Shown here: positions 32,333 to 41,115 of the stretch, piece by piece
Layout: each line of letters opens with the position of its first letter
Position numbering within the stretch: the first letter of the stretch is position 1
Assembly: GCA_963843845.1 (NCBI GenBank)
Contig: CAWJMB010000002.1
Coordinates: 3,328,001 to 3,392,000 of the forward strand
Length of the DNA: 64,000 bases
Direction of reading: 5' to 3'
Origin: an uncultured Gemmatimonadaceae bacterium
Lineage (GTDB): Bacteria > Gemmatimonadota > Gemmatimonadetes > Gemmatimonadales > Gemmatimonadaceae
The notes under the pieces: model-generated
What the model saw: only the letters and a program-made list of their open reading frames with translations
Databases searched by the model: none
Told to the model about the DNA's origin: nothing
Made by a program: the position numbers and the translations under genes

Positions 32333-32458
32333 GGGAAGTTGCGTACCACGCGAAGCGGCACGCAACTCGTTTCATGTCAAGTACTTAGACATGGACTCCC
32401 GCCACGCCGGCGGCGACGACTGTTCGTTCGTGGGACTCGCATGTCGCGGCGCCGGACA
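32333..32458 (-). promoter_or_regulatory. sigma54-like promoter + IHF-like site + paired enhancer sites (module 2)
   Basis: TGGTACGCAACTTCCC (32348-32333); tgtcaagtactta (32375-32387); TGTTCGttcgTGGGAC (32421-32436); GTCGCGgcgcCGGACA (32443-32458). Confidence 0.65.
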
Positions 32459-32560
32459 GCGGCGCGCCCGGTCGCACGGCGTGGAGCTCCGCCAGAGCGT
32501 CGGTGAGGGGTGGACTACCCCCGCTCCCGTCCCCGCCCGTCCCCGCCCGTCCCGCCCGAT

Positions 32561-32688
32561 CTCGTCCGCCGTGAGTCACACCGCATCACCGCCGTTCGAC
32601 CGCCGTTCGACCGCCGGTCAACCGCGGTGAACGAGCGGTGAACGAGCGGTGTGACTTCGGTGATGCGGTGTGACTCACGGCGGACGAG
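32561..32688. repeat. 128-bp element with perfect 31-bp terminal inverted repeats (MITE/REP-like)
   Basis: ctcgtccgccgtgagtcacaccgcatcaccg (32561-32591) and its exact reverse complement (32658-32688); internal 11-bp direct repeats. Confidence 0.85.
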
Positions 32689-32716
32689 GGACGGCGGTTC
32701 GGCCTGACCCGTTGGG

Positions 32717-33445
32717 TCAGGCCGGGGCGTGCATCGTCTCCTCGACCACCCGCCCGTCGAACAGATGGATGCTCCGCTCCGCGTGCTGCGCGTAGCGCGG
32801 ATCGTGCGTCACCATGCACACCGTGGCCCCGCCGCGGTGCAGCTCGTGGAGCAGCTCCATCACGCTCTCGCCGTTCGCCGAGTCGAGGTTCCCCGTCGGC
32901 TCGTCGGCGAGGAGGATCGCCGGATCGCCGACGACCGCGCGCGCGACGGCGACGCGCTGCTGCTGACCGCCCGAGAGCTGCGCCGGGTAGTGCTTCTGCC
33001 GGTGCGCCATCCCGACGCGCTCGAGCGCCTCGGTCACTCGGCGGCGCCGCTCGCTCGCGGACAGCGCCGCGTCGCCGGTGCGGTACGTCAGCGGCAGCTC
33101 GACGTTCTCGTAGACCGTGAGGTCGCCGATCAGGTTGAACGCCTGGAACACGAAGCCGATCTGCCGGTTGCGCACGCGCGCCCGGTCGGCCGCGGAGAGC
33201 GTCGTCACGTTCTGCCCGGCGAGCATGTAGACGCCGTGGCTCGCCGTGTCGAGCAGGCCGAGGATCGAGAGGAGCGTCGTCTTGCCGCAGCCCGACGGGC
33301 CGGCGATCGCGACGTACTCCCCCTCGCGGATCTCGAGGTGCACGTCGGAGAGCGCGTGCGTCTCGACCTCGTCGGTGAGGAAGACCTTCTTGATCCCTTC
33401 GAGACGGATGAGCGAGTCGCCGGGCTGGCGAGCGGTCGTGGACAT
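32717..33445 (-). CDS. MacB/LolD-type ABC ATP-binding protein
   Basis: [56 protein letters not shown]. Confidence 0.95.
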   Translation of the reverse strand: MSTTARQPGDSLIRLEGIKKVFLTDEVETHALSDVHLEIREGEYVAIAGPSGCGKTTLLSILGLLDTASHGVYMLAGQNVTTLSAADRARVRNRQIGFVFQAFNLIGDLTVYENVELPLTYRTGDAALSASERRRRVTEALERVGMAHRQKHYPAQLSGGQQQRVAVARAVVGDPAILLADEPTGNLDSANGESVMELLHELHRGGATVCMVTHDPRYAQHAERSIHLFDGRVVEETMHAPA

Positions 33446-33486
33446 GGCGGGCGGAGGGAGAGGGGTGACGTGACGCGACTCGACCG

Positions 33487-34731
33487 CTACTTGATGCGAA
33501 CGCGGTCGTACTGATCGGAGCCCTGCATGTCGGAGACGATGACGCGCTCTCCGGGAGCGAGCCCCTGCAACACTTCGATCGTGTTGACCGAGCCGTGCCC
33601 CAACTTCACCTGGACACGCGACGCGGTCTTGCCGTCGGCGGCGAGCTTGAACAGCCCGACCGTGCTCTCCGCCTGCCCGATCGCCGGGCGCTGGATGTAG
33701 ACCACGTCGGGCAGTCGTTCGATCTCGATGACGCCGTCGACCGAGATGTCGGCGCGGGCGCCTTTCGGCAGCTCGCCTTCGAGCAGCACCTCCACGGTGA
33801 CCGTCCCGGCGACGGCCGCCGGGTCGACGCGTGAGACACGCCCGTTCGCGATTCCGTTTCTCGTGTCGACCGCGACCTGCTGGCCGAGGACGACGTCCTT
33901 CGCCTGCGACTCGTTCACGCGGAGCACGGCTTTGAGCTTGCCGGGCTGCGCGACGCGGGCGAGCGGCGCCCCCGGCTGCACCCACTGTCCGAGCTCGAGC
34001 GTCATGTCTTGCAGCACGCCCGGCTCGCCGGCGGTGACGCGCATCGAGTTCACGCGGTCGTGCTGGAACTGCGCGATGCCGCGCAGCCGCTCGACGTTCG
34101 CCGCCTCGAGCTTGAGCTGCTCGCCCATCGTGCGCTCGAGCAGGTCGAGGCGCTCCTGCTCGATCGCGCGGCGCGTCTCGAGCTCGCGCATCTGGTCGCG
34201 CGCGTTCGCCACTTCGTTCGCGCTCGACATCCCCTTCTTGTCGAGCGTCTCGAACACGTCGGCGTTGCGCTTCGCGGTGTTGTAGCTGCTCGTGATCGTC
34301 GCGATCGTCGCCCGCTGCTGCATGCGCTGCGTGGCGAGCTGCGAGCGGAGGCTGACGAGGTTCGCCTGGGCGCTCGCGAACGTGCGGTCGGCCTCGAGCG
34401 CCTGCAGCTCGACGTCGGGGTTCGACATCTCGAGCAGCACGGTCGTCGGCGTCACCAGCTGGCCGACGCTGGCGATCTTCTGCTCGACGCGCCCCGACGT
34501 GAGCGCGGAGATGATGCGCACGTGCTCGGGCACGAGCGTGCCCGGAGCGCGCACCTGGCGCACCATCGTGCCGCGCCTCACGGTATCGATCCACAGCGTC
34601 GACCGGTCGACGCTCGGCGCTGCGGGCTCGAGGCGGGTCAGCGCGACGGAGACGCCGACGATCGCGACGAGGCCGCCGGCGATGGCGATGTAGCGGCCGC
34701 GCTTGGGGCGCGGGGCGCGAGCGATGTCCAC
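33487..34731 (-). CDS. efflux periplasmic adaptor (membrane fusion protein, HlyD/MacA-like)
   Basis: N-terminal TM, VRRGTMVRQVRAPGTLVP, lipoyl half-motifs around a coiled coil, VQVKLGHGSVNTIEVLQGLAPGERVIVSD. Confidence 0.9.
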   Translation of the reverse strand: MDIARAPRPKRGRYIAIAGGLVAIVGVSVALTRLEPAAPSVDRSTLWIDTVRRGTMVRQVRAPGTLVPEHVRIISALTSGRVEQKIASVGQLVTPTTVLLEMSNPDVELQALEADRTFASAQANLVSLRSQLATQRMQQRATIATITSSYNTAKRNADVFETLDKKGMSSANEVANARDQMRELETRRAIEQERLDLLERTMGEQLKLEAANVERLRGIAQFQHDRVNSMRVTAGEPGVLQDMTLELGQWVQPGAPLARVAQPGKLKAVLRVNESQAKDVVLGQQVAVDTRNGIANGRVSRVDPAAVAGTVTVEVLLEGELPKGARADISVDGVIEIERLPDVVYIQRPAIGQAESTVGLFKLAADGKTASRVQVKLGHGSVNTIEVLQGLAPGERVIVSDMQGSDQYDRVRIK

Positions 34732-34795
34732 GGAGGGGGAGAGGAGCGAGGAGCGGGACGCACAGGGAGCACCGAGTCGGCGCGCCCGTACATAC

Positions 34796-34920
34796 GACAA
34801 GCTCCGTGCCCTACGGGTTTGCACGCAAGTCGTTTCACCGCGGCGGGTTACGCGTGGGCACCCGCATCGGCGCCGGTGCGCGCTGTGCGCTGACGGGACC
34901 CCGCTGTCCGGATTCGGACA
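34796..34920 (-). promoter_or_regulatory. sigma54-like promoter + paired enhancer sites (module 3)
   Basis: GGGCACGGAGCTTGTC (34811-34796); cacgcaagtcgtttca (34822-34837, 15/16 identical to 32359-32374); TGTGCGctgaCGGGAC (34884-34899); TGTCCGgattCGGACA (34905-34920). Confidence 0.65.
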
Positions 34921-35069
34921 CTCTGACGCCGTCGTCCGGGGCGAGCGAGAGCCCTCGCCGGTGCATCGGCACTCGCCGCACCGCTCGGGGTACATTGGGG
35001 CGACCCGGTGGCGCGGACGCTGCGCACATCGGCCCCTTCGATCGTCACCTCGGCGAGGCACCTCCAGTC

Positions 35070-36629
35070 ATGCGTCGTACCGATTCTTCCCGCTCACGCG
35101 CGTCGACCGCGGCGCGTGTCACCGCCGCGGTCGTGCTGGCCGTCGGCGGTTCGCTCGCGTTCAAGTACGCCCCGGGGCAGCTCGCCACGATGGCGCAGGC
35201 GCCCGTGCAGCTCACCGGCGCCGGCACCCGCTCCGGCGCCCCGGTCGACAGCGGCTTCGTTCGCATCGCGCGCCAGGTCACCCCGGCCGTCGTCTACATC
35301 GAGAACGTCAGCGCGGCGCGCACGGCGGCGCGTGGGCGCCAGCAGCTGCCCGATGGGCTCCCGCCCGGCTTCCAGCTTCCGCCGGGCTTCCAGATCCCCG
35401 AGGGGAACGGACGCGCCGCGCCGCGCCGCTCCTCGGGCTCGGGCTTCATCGTCTCGGCGAACGGCGAGATCCTCACGAACAACCACGTGATCTCGGGCGC
35501 CGACCAGCTCCTCGTCACCCTCTACGACCGCCGCATCTTCCCGGCGAAGGTCATCGGCCGCGACCCGGCCACCGACGTCGCCCTCATCAAGATCGAGGCG
35601 ACCGGGCTGCCGACGCTGCCGTTGGGCGACGACGCGGCGGTGCAGGTCGGCCAGCCGGTGCTCGCGATCGGCGCGCCGTTGGGCCTCCGCTCGACCGTCA
35701 CCTCCGGCATCATCTCGGCCAAGGAGCGCGGCGGGCAGGGGCTCTCCGGCCTCCTCGGCGACTCGCTCGCCGTCGCCGACTTCCTCCAGACCGACGCGGT
35801 CATCAATCCCGGCAACTCGGGCGGCCCGCTCATCGACATGGACGGCCGCGTCATCGGCATCAACAGCGCGATCGAGAGCCCGACGGGTGTCTACGCGGGC
35901 TACGGCTTCGCCGTCCCGGCGAGCATCGCGCGCATCGCGATGGAGCAGTTCCGCGAGTTCGGACGCGTGAAGCGCGCGCTCCTCGGCGTGAACATCGGCG
36001 ACGTCACGGCGACCGACGCGCAGGCGGCCGGGCTGAAGGAGATTCGCGGCGCGCTCGTCAGCGCCATCACCGACGGCAGCGCCGCAGAGAAAGCCGGGCT
36101 CAAGCCGGGCGACGTCATCCTCTCGATCGACAACCAGCCGATCTCGAGCGTCGCGACGCTCCAGCGCACGGTCTACGGCTACCGCCCCGGGCAGACGGTG
36201 ACGCTCGGCTACATGCGCTACGGCACGACGGGGACGGCGCGCGTCACGCTCCAGGCGGCCCCGGAGTCGCAGCAGGTCGCGGCCGCCGCGCCACGCCCCG
36301 AGACGTCGAACAGCGCGGTGTCGGCCGGCCGGCTCGGTGTCACGGTGGAGACGCTGACGCCGCAGCTCGCCTCGCGCCTGCAGGCCGGCAGCGACGTGCG
36401 CGGCGTCGTCGTCAACGACGTGAACCCGAGCGGCGCGGCGCAGGGGCTGCTCTTCCAGAGCGACATCATCACGGCCGTCATCGGCCGCGGCGGCGTGCAG
36501 CGGCCGATCCAGACACCGGCGCAGCTCAACGACGCGATCTCGAGCGCGAGCAACGGCGTGATCAGCCTGCTCGTCTACACGCCGCAGATCCGGCGGACGC
36601 GCGTGGTGAACGTGTCGATCGCGCAGTAG
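35070..36629 (+). CDS. htrA: HtrA/DegP (Do) family serine protease with two PDZ domains
   Basis: GSGFIV, ILTNNHVI, TDVALIKI, QTDAVINPGNSGGPL, AEKAGLKPGDVI. Confidence 0.95.
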   Translation: MRRTDSSRSRASTAARVTAAVVLAVGGSLAFKYAPGQLATMAQAPVQLTGAGTRSGAPVDSGFVRIARQVTPAVVYIENVSAARTAARGRQQLPDGLPPGFQLPPGFQIPEGNGRAAPRRSSGSGFIVSANGEILTNNHVISGADQLLVTLYDRRIFPAKVIGRDPATDVALIKIEATGLPTLPLGDDAAVQVGQPVLAIGAPLGLRSTVTSGIISAKERGGQGLSGLLGDSLAVADFLQTDAVINPGNSGGPLIDMDGRVIGINSAIESPTGVYAGYGFAVPASIARIAMEQFREFGRVKRALLGVNIGDVTATDAQAAGLKEIRGALVSAITDGSAAEKAGLKPGDVILSIDNQPISSVATLQRTVYGYRPGQTVTLGYMRYGTTGTARVTLQAAPESQQVAAAAPRPETSNSAVSAGRLGVTVETLTPQLASRLQAGSDVRGVVVNDVNPSGAAQGLLFQSDIITAVIGRGGVQRPIQTPAQLNDAISSASNGVISLLVYTPQIRRTRVVNVSIAQ

Positions 36630-36649
36630 CGTCTCGCCAGCTCGACCGC

Positions 36650-36683
36650 ACGGGCCCGAGGTCGATGGCGACGTCGGGCCCGT
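36650..36683 (+). terminator. hairpin downstream of htrA
   Basis: acgggcccga...tcgggcccgt 10-bp stem plus inner gtcg/cgac pair. Confidence 0.5.
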
Positions 36684-36743
36684 CGTGCATCACCGTGCGT
36701 GCCGGACGTTGATCGGGAGCGCCGTTCGCGCGATCGTTCATCC

Positions 36744-37431
36744 ATGGCGACTTCCGCGACGGCTTCGAAGCACTTCACGTCGAACGACGACGTCTCGGTG
36801 CGGATGTTCCGCAGCGACTTCCTCGAGCGGTTCAGCCACGTGCACCCGGTGGTGCCGCACCTGATCTATCTCCCGCTCGTCGGCTATCTCGTCTGGTCGT
36901 CGACCGCGACGCCGCTCCGCGTCGCCGGTGTCTACGCCGCGCGGCCTCGTGCTCTGGACGCTCGCCGAGTACCTGCTGCACAAGCACGTCTTCCACGCGC
37001 CCGACCACATCATGGAGGGCACCCACGACGTCGTCGCCCGGCTCGACCGGCACGAGCCGGTGATCGCCGCGCTCCCGTCGTGGCGGCACAAGCTCTACTT
37101 CCTCGCCCACGGCGTGCACCACGAGTACCCGAGCGACTCGTCGCGCCTCGTCATGCCGCCGGGTGCGAGCATCCCGATGGCGGTCGTGATCTACCTGCTG
37201 CTCCGCCTCGTCGCCGGCCCGCTCGACACCCCGGCGCTCTTCGCCGGCTTCATCACCGGCTACCTCGTCTACGACACGACGCACTTCGCGGTGCACCACC
37301 TGCGCATGCCGACGTCGTGGGGGCGCTATCTCAAGAAGCGGCACGCGCGGCACCACTATCTCGACCACGACGCGGACTACGGCGTGAGCTCGCCGCTCTG
37401 GGACGTCGTGTTCCGGACGTTCACGCGGTAG
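36744..37431 (+). CDS. fatty-acid hydroxylase / sterol desaturase superfamily protein (FA2H-like); frameshift near 36940
   Basis: His boxes EYLLHKHVFH, HGVHHEYP, YDTTHFAVHH and HARHHY; RLVMPP and YGVSSPLWDVVFRT. Confidence 0.9.
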
Positions 37432-37484
37432 CGAGCGGGCGAGCGATCAAGCTTCGCCGCCCGGCGGCCGACATCACAGTACAG

Positions 37485-40271
37485 ATGTCCCCGCCCGGCC
37501 CTTCCTCCTTCCGCGTACAGCGCGCGCTCGTCGTCGCCACGGTCCTCGCGACGGCGGCGCTCTGGCTCGTCCGCGTCGCGCCGATCGGCGAGCTCGCGTG
37601 GCGCGTCGCGCTCTGCGAGGGCGCGATGGTGCCGATCGCGGTCGCATCGATGATCGCGATCTGGCTCACGCCGGCCGCGACCGAGCTCGACGCGGCGACG
37701 CGGAGCGCCTGGCGGCTGCTCGCGAGCGCGGCCACGGTCTGGTCGCTCACCGGCGTGGTGTGGGAGCTGCTCGGCCGGCCGCGCGTGTCGGTCGCCGACG
37801 CGCTGCAACTGACGTTCTTCCCGCTCGTGATCGCCGGGGTGTTCCGCTTCCCGGCGGCGGTGCTGACGCGCGGCGGGCGGGTGCGCTTCTGGCTCGACAG
37901 CGCGATCGTCGTGCTCGCCGGCGCGGCGGCGCTCTGGTACCTCACCGTCTGGCCCGGAATCGTCCTCGGCGACGGCGACCGCGCGAACCTCGTCGTCAAC
38001 GCGGTGCTCTATCCGGCCGGCGACCTCGTGCTGCTGTTCGCGGCGTGCGCCGGTCTGCTGCGCGGACACGACGGCGCGAGCCGCCGCGCGCTCGTCGGCG
38101 TCGCCGCGGCGCTCGTCGCGCGCTTCGTCGGCGACCTCGTGATCTCGTGGCGCATCGTGACGGGGCGAGACGAGGGGGCGATCGCCGACCTGCTCTGGCT
38201 CACCGGCGCGACGCTGCTCGCGGTGGCGGCCGCGGCGCAGCGGCGTGGCTCGACGCGCGCGTCCGGCGTGCTCGCGCCAGGCACGTCCGCCCCGGCCGCG
38301 GCGCCACGGCAGGTGAGTCTGCTGCCCTACGGCGCGGCGATCGCGCTCTTCGGCTTCCTCGTCGTCGTGACGCGCGGCGCGCTCGGCGCCCGCGCCGGCG
38401 GGGTGCTCGCCGCGGCGCTCGGCGTCGCCGTGCTCGTCCTCGCGCGGCAGTGGCTCGCGACGCGCGACAACGAGCGCCTGCACCGCGCGCACGCCGAGCG
38501 CGAGGCGGAGCGCCGCGTCGAGGCGCGGTTCCGGTCGCTCGTGCAACACTCGTCGGACGTCATCATCGTCGCCGACCGGGCGGGGCTCGTGCACTACGCC
38601 AGCCCCTCGGTCGAGCGCGTGCTCGGCGTCGCGCGGCTCGCGCTGGAGTCGTCGCTGCTCGCGCTCGTGCACCCCGACGACGTCGGCCGTGCCGAGACGA
38701 TGCTCGTCGCCGCGACGCGTCGCGCCGACGACGGGACGGTCGCGGCCGCGACGCAGTTCCGCGCCGCCGCCGACGGCGAGTGGCGCGACGTCGAGTGTCT
38801 CGCGACCGACCTCAGCGACGACCCCAACGTGCGCGGCATCGTGGTCACGATGCGCGACGTCACCGAGCGCGCGCGGCTCGAGGCGCAGCTCGTCCACCAG
38901 GCGTACCACGATCCGCTCACCGGCCTCGCGAACCGCGCGCTGTTCCGCGACCGCGTGTCGCACGCACTCACCCGCGAGCAGCGCGCGCCGGCCGGCGTCG
39001 TCGTGCTCTTCCTCGACCTCGACGACTTCAAGACGGTCAACGACTCGTTGGGCCACCGCGAGGGCGACCGCCTGCTCGCCGTCGTCGCGGAGCGGCTGCT
39101 GAACGCGACGCGCGGCTGCGACACCGTCGCGCGGCTCGGCGGCGACGAGTTCGCGGTGCTGGTCGAGCACGCCCGCACCGACGACGAGGTCGTCGTCGTC
39201 GCCGAGCGCATCGTCGGCGCGATCCGGGCGCCGATCGCGTTAGGCACGCACCAGGTGACGGTCGGCGCGAGCATCGGCATCGCCCGCGCGCGGTTGGGCG
39301 ACGGCGCCGAGGAGCTGCTCCGCAACGCGGACGTCGCGATGTACAAGGCGAAGCAGCGCGGCACGAACGCGTACGAGATCTTCGCCCCCGCGATGCACGC
39401 CGCGCTCGTCGACCGCCTCGAACTCGAGGGGGAGCTGCGCCGCGCGCTGGGCGAGCTCGAGGCCGCGCAGGCCGGCGAGGGCGGAGCGGGCAGGACGTCG
39501 GAGTTCCTCGTCGTGTATCAGCCGATCGTCTCGCTGGCCGACCGCCTCGTCGTCGGCGTCGAGGCACTCGCGCGGTGGCGGCACCCGACGCGCGGCTTCG
39601 TCCCCCCGTCGAGCTTCATCCCGATCGCCGAGTCGACGGGGCTCATCGTGCCGTTCGGGCGGTGGATTCTGCGCGCCGCGTGCGCGCAGGCGGCACGGTG
39701 GCACGCCGCCGCCGCGCGCGACGAGTTCGGCGGCCGGGCTGCCGAGCCGCTGGCCGTGACCGTCAACCTCTCGGCGCGGCAGCTCCTGCACCCGTCGATC
39801 GTCGACGACGTGCGCGCGGCGCTCGCCGACGCGCGGCTCGCGCCCGCGTCGCTCGTGCTCGAGATCACCGAGAGCGTCATCGTGCAGAACACGTCGGCGT
39901 CGCTCGCCACGCTGCACGCGCTGAAAGCGTTGGGCGTGCGCCTCGCGATCGACGACTTCGGCACCGGCTACTCGTCGCTCAGCTACCTGGAGCAGTTCCC
40001 GCTCGACATTCTCAAGATCGACAAGTCGTTCGTCGACGGCGTCGCGCACGGCGGCAGCCGCGCCGCGCTCGCCCGCACCGTCGTCGCGCTCGGCGACTCG
40101 CTGTCGCTGCGCTGCGTCGCCGAAGGGATCGAGAGCGACGACCAGCGCGAGCACCTGCTGGCGTTGGGCTGCGCCTACGGGCAGGGGTATCTGTTCGCGC
40201 GTCCGCTGCCGGCGGAGGAGGTCGAGACGCTCCTGCGCGACGCGGTCGGCGCGGTCGGCGCGGCCGCCTGA
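37485..40271 (+). CDS. membrane-anchored PAS-GGDEF-EAL diguanylate cyclase/phosphodiesterase
   Basis: Multi-TM N-terminus, RFRSLVQHSSD PAS, HDPLTGLANR, intact GGDEF, VEALARW, IDDFGTGYSSL, VAEGIE, QGYLF. Confidence 0.95.
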   Translation: MSPPGPSSFRVQRALVVATVLATAALWLVRVAPIGELAWRVALCEGAMVPIAVASMIAIWLTPAATELDAATRSAWRLLASAATVWSLTGVVWELLGRPRVSVADALQLTFFPLVIAGVFRFPAAVLTRGGRVRFWLDSAIVVLAGAAALWYLTVWPGIVLGDGDRANLVVNAVLYPAGDLVLLFAACAGLLRGHDGASRRALVGVAAALVARFVGDLVISWRIVTGRDEGAIADLLWLTGATLLAVAAAAQRRGSTRASGVLAPGTSAPAAAPRQVSLLPYGAAIALFGFLVVVTRGALGARAGGVLAAALGVAVLVLARQWLATRDNERLHRAHAEREAERRVEARFRSLVQHSSDVIIVADRAGLVHYASPSVERVLGVARLALESSLLALVHPDDVGRAETMLVAATRRADDGTVAAATQFRAAADGEWRDVECLATDLSDDPNVRGIVVTMRDVTERARLEAQLVHQAYHDPLTGLANRALFRDRVSHALTREQRAPAGVVVLFLDLDDFKTVNDSLGHREGDRLLAVVAERLLNATRGCDTVARLGGDEFAVLVEHARTDDEVVVVAERIVGAIRAPIALGTHQVTVGASIGIARARLGDGAEELLRNADVAMYKAKQRGTNAYEIFAPAMHAALVDRLELEGELRRALGELEAAQAGEGGAGRTSEFLVVYQPIVSLADRLVVGVEALARWRHPTRGFVPPSSFIPIAESTGLIVPFGRWILRAACAQAARWHAAAARDEFGGRAAEPLAVTVNLSARQLLHPSIVDDVRAALADARLAPASLVLEITESVIVQNTSASLATLHALKALGVRLAIDDFGTGYSSLSYLEQFPLDILKIDKSFVDGVAHGGSRAALARTVVALGDSLSLRCVAEGIESDDQREHLLALGCAYGQGYLFARPLPAEEVETLLRDAVGAVGAAA

Positions 40272-40275
40272 GGCG

Positions 40276-41115
40276 TCACTTCCCCGTCAACAGCTCCTCG
40301 AACAGCGCGAGCGCCCGCGGGTCCTTCGACTGCCCGAGCCAGAACAGGGCCGAGCGGCGCGTGGCAGGATCGCGGTTGGTGCGGGCGACGCGGATGAGCG
40401 CGGGGACCGCGTCCTCGCCGCGACGCGAGAGCGCGAACACGGCCTGATCGCGGATCTCGCGCTCCGGGTCGTCGACGAGCGCCGTGAGGCCCGCGGTCGC
40501 CGCGTCCCCCGCCGCGTTGCCGAGCCAGAACACGGCCCGCGACCGCGTGTCGCGCGCCGCCTGCTCGCTGCGCGCGAGTCGAAGGAGCGACGGCCACACC
40601 GTGACGGAGTCGGCGAGCGTCGACGGAAACACCGCGTCGCGCGCGACCTTGCCGCTCCCGCGCTCGGCGATGCCCAGCAGCAGCCCGGCCGCCTGCGCCG
40701 ACGAGACGTCGCCGAGGTCGGTGACGGCGCTCCCGCCGGCGCTGGAGCCGCTCGTCGCGCGCCACCGGCCGCCGACGTAGAAGCGCACCGCCTCGACGCG
40801 CCCGCTCCGCACGTCGAGCGCGAGACGGCCCGGCCCGGGCGCACACGCGTCGTCCCACTCGACGTCCGCCCGGCGGCGATCGTCGTCGCGCCACGACGTG
40901 CGGCCGGGGGCGCTCGTGCGGATCGTGTTCCCCGAGCCGCAGACGCCGGGGCGCAGCGCGAACGTGAGACGCACGGTGCCGTTCGGCGCGTCCTCGACGC
41001 GGCGCGTGAGGGCGGCGCCACGCGAGACGAGGTCGGCCTGCGCGAGCATCGGCGACGTGGCCGCGACCGAGAGCAGGGCGGCGCTCGCGAGCACGTTCGG
41101 CAACCGGCGGGTCAC
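40276..41115 (-). CDS. exported HEAT-repeat protein
   Basis: GTG overlaps the upstream TGA; signal peptide; repeats RAVFWLG, QAVFALS and SALFWLGQSKDPRAL. Confidence 0.85.
   Translation of the reverse strand: MTRRLPNVLASAALLSVAATSPMLAQADLVSRGAALTRRVEDAPNGTVRLTFALRPGVCGSGNTIRTSAPGRTSWRDDDRRRADVEWDDACAPGPGRLALDVRSGRVEAVRFYVGGRWRATSGSSAGGSAVTDLGDVSSAQAAGLLLGIAERGSGKVARDAVFPSTLADSVTVWPSLLRLARSEQAARDTRSRAVFWLGNAAGDAATAGLTALVDDPEREIRDQAVFALSRRGEDAVPALIRVARTNRDPATRRSALFWLGQSKDPRALALFEELLTGK

Noticed and set aside
36699..40271. Apparent fusion of fatty-acid hydroxylase N-terminus with PAS-GGDEF-EAL (1190 aa)
   Set aside because: A frameshift near 36940 moves the hydroxylase His boxes into another frame ending at 37431. 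These are two genes.
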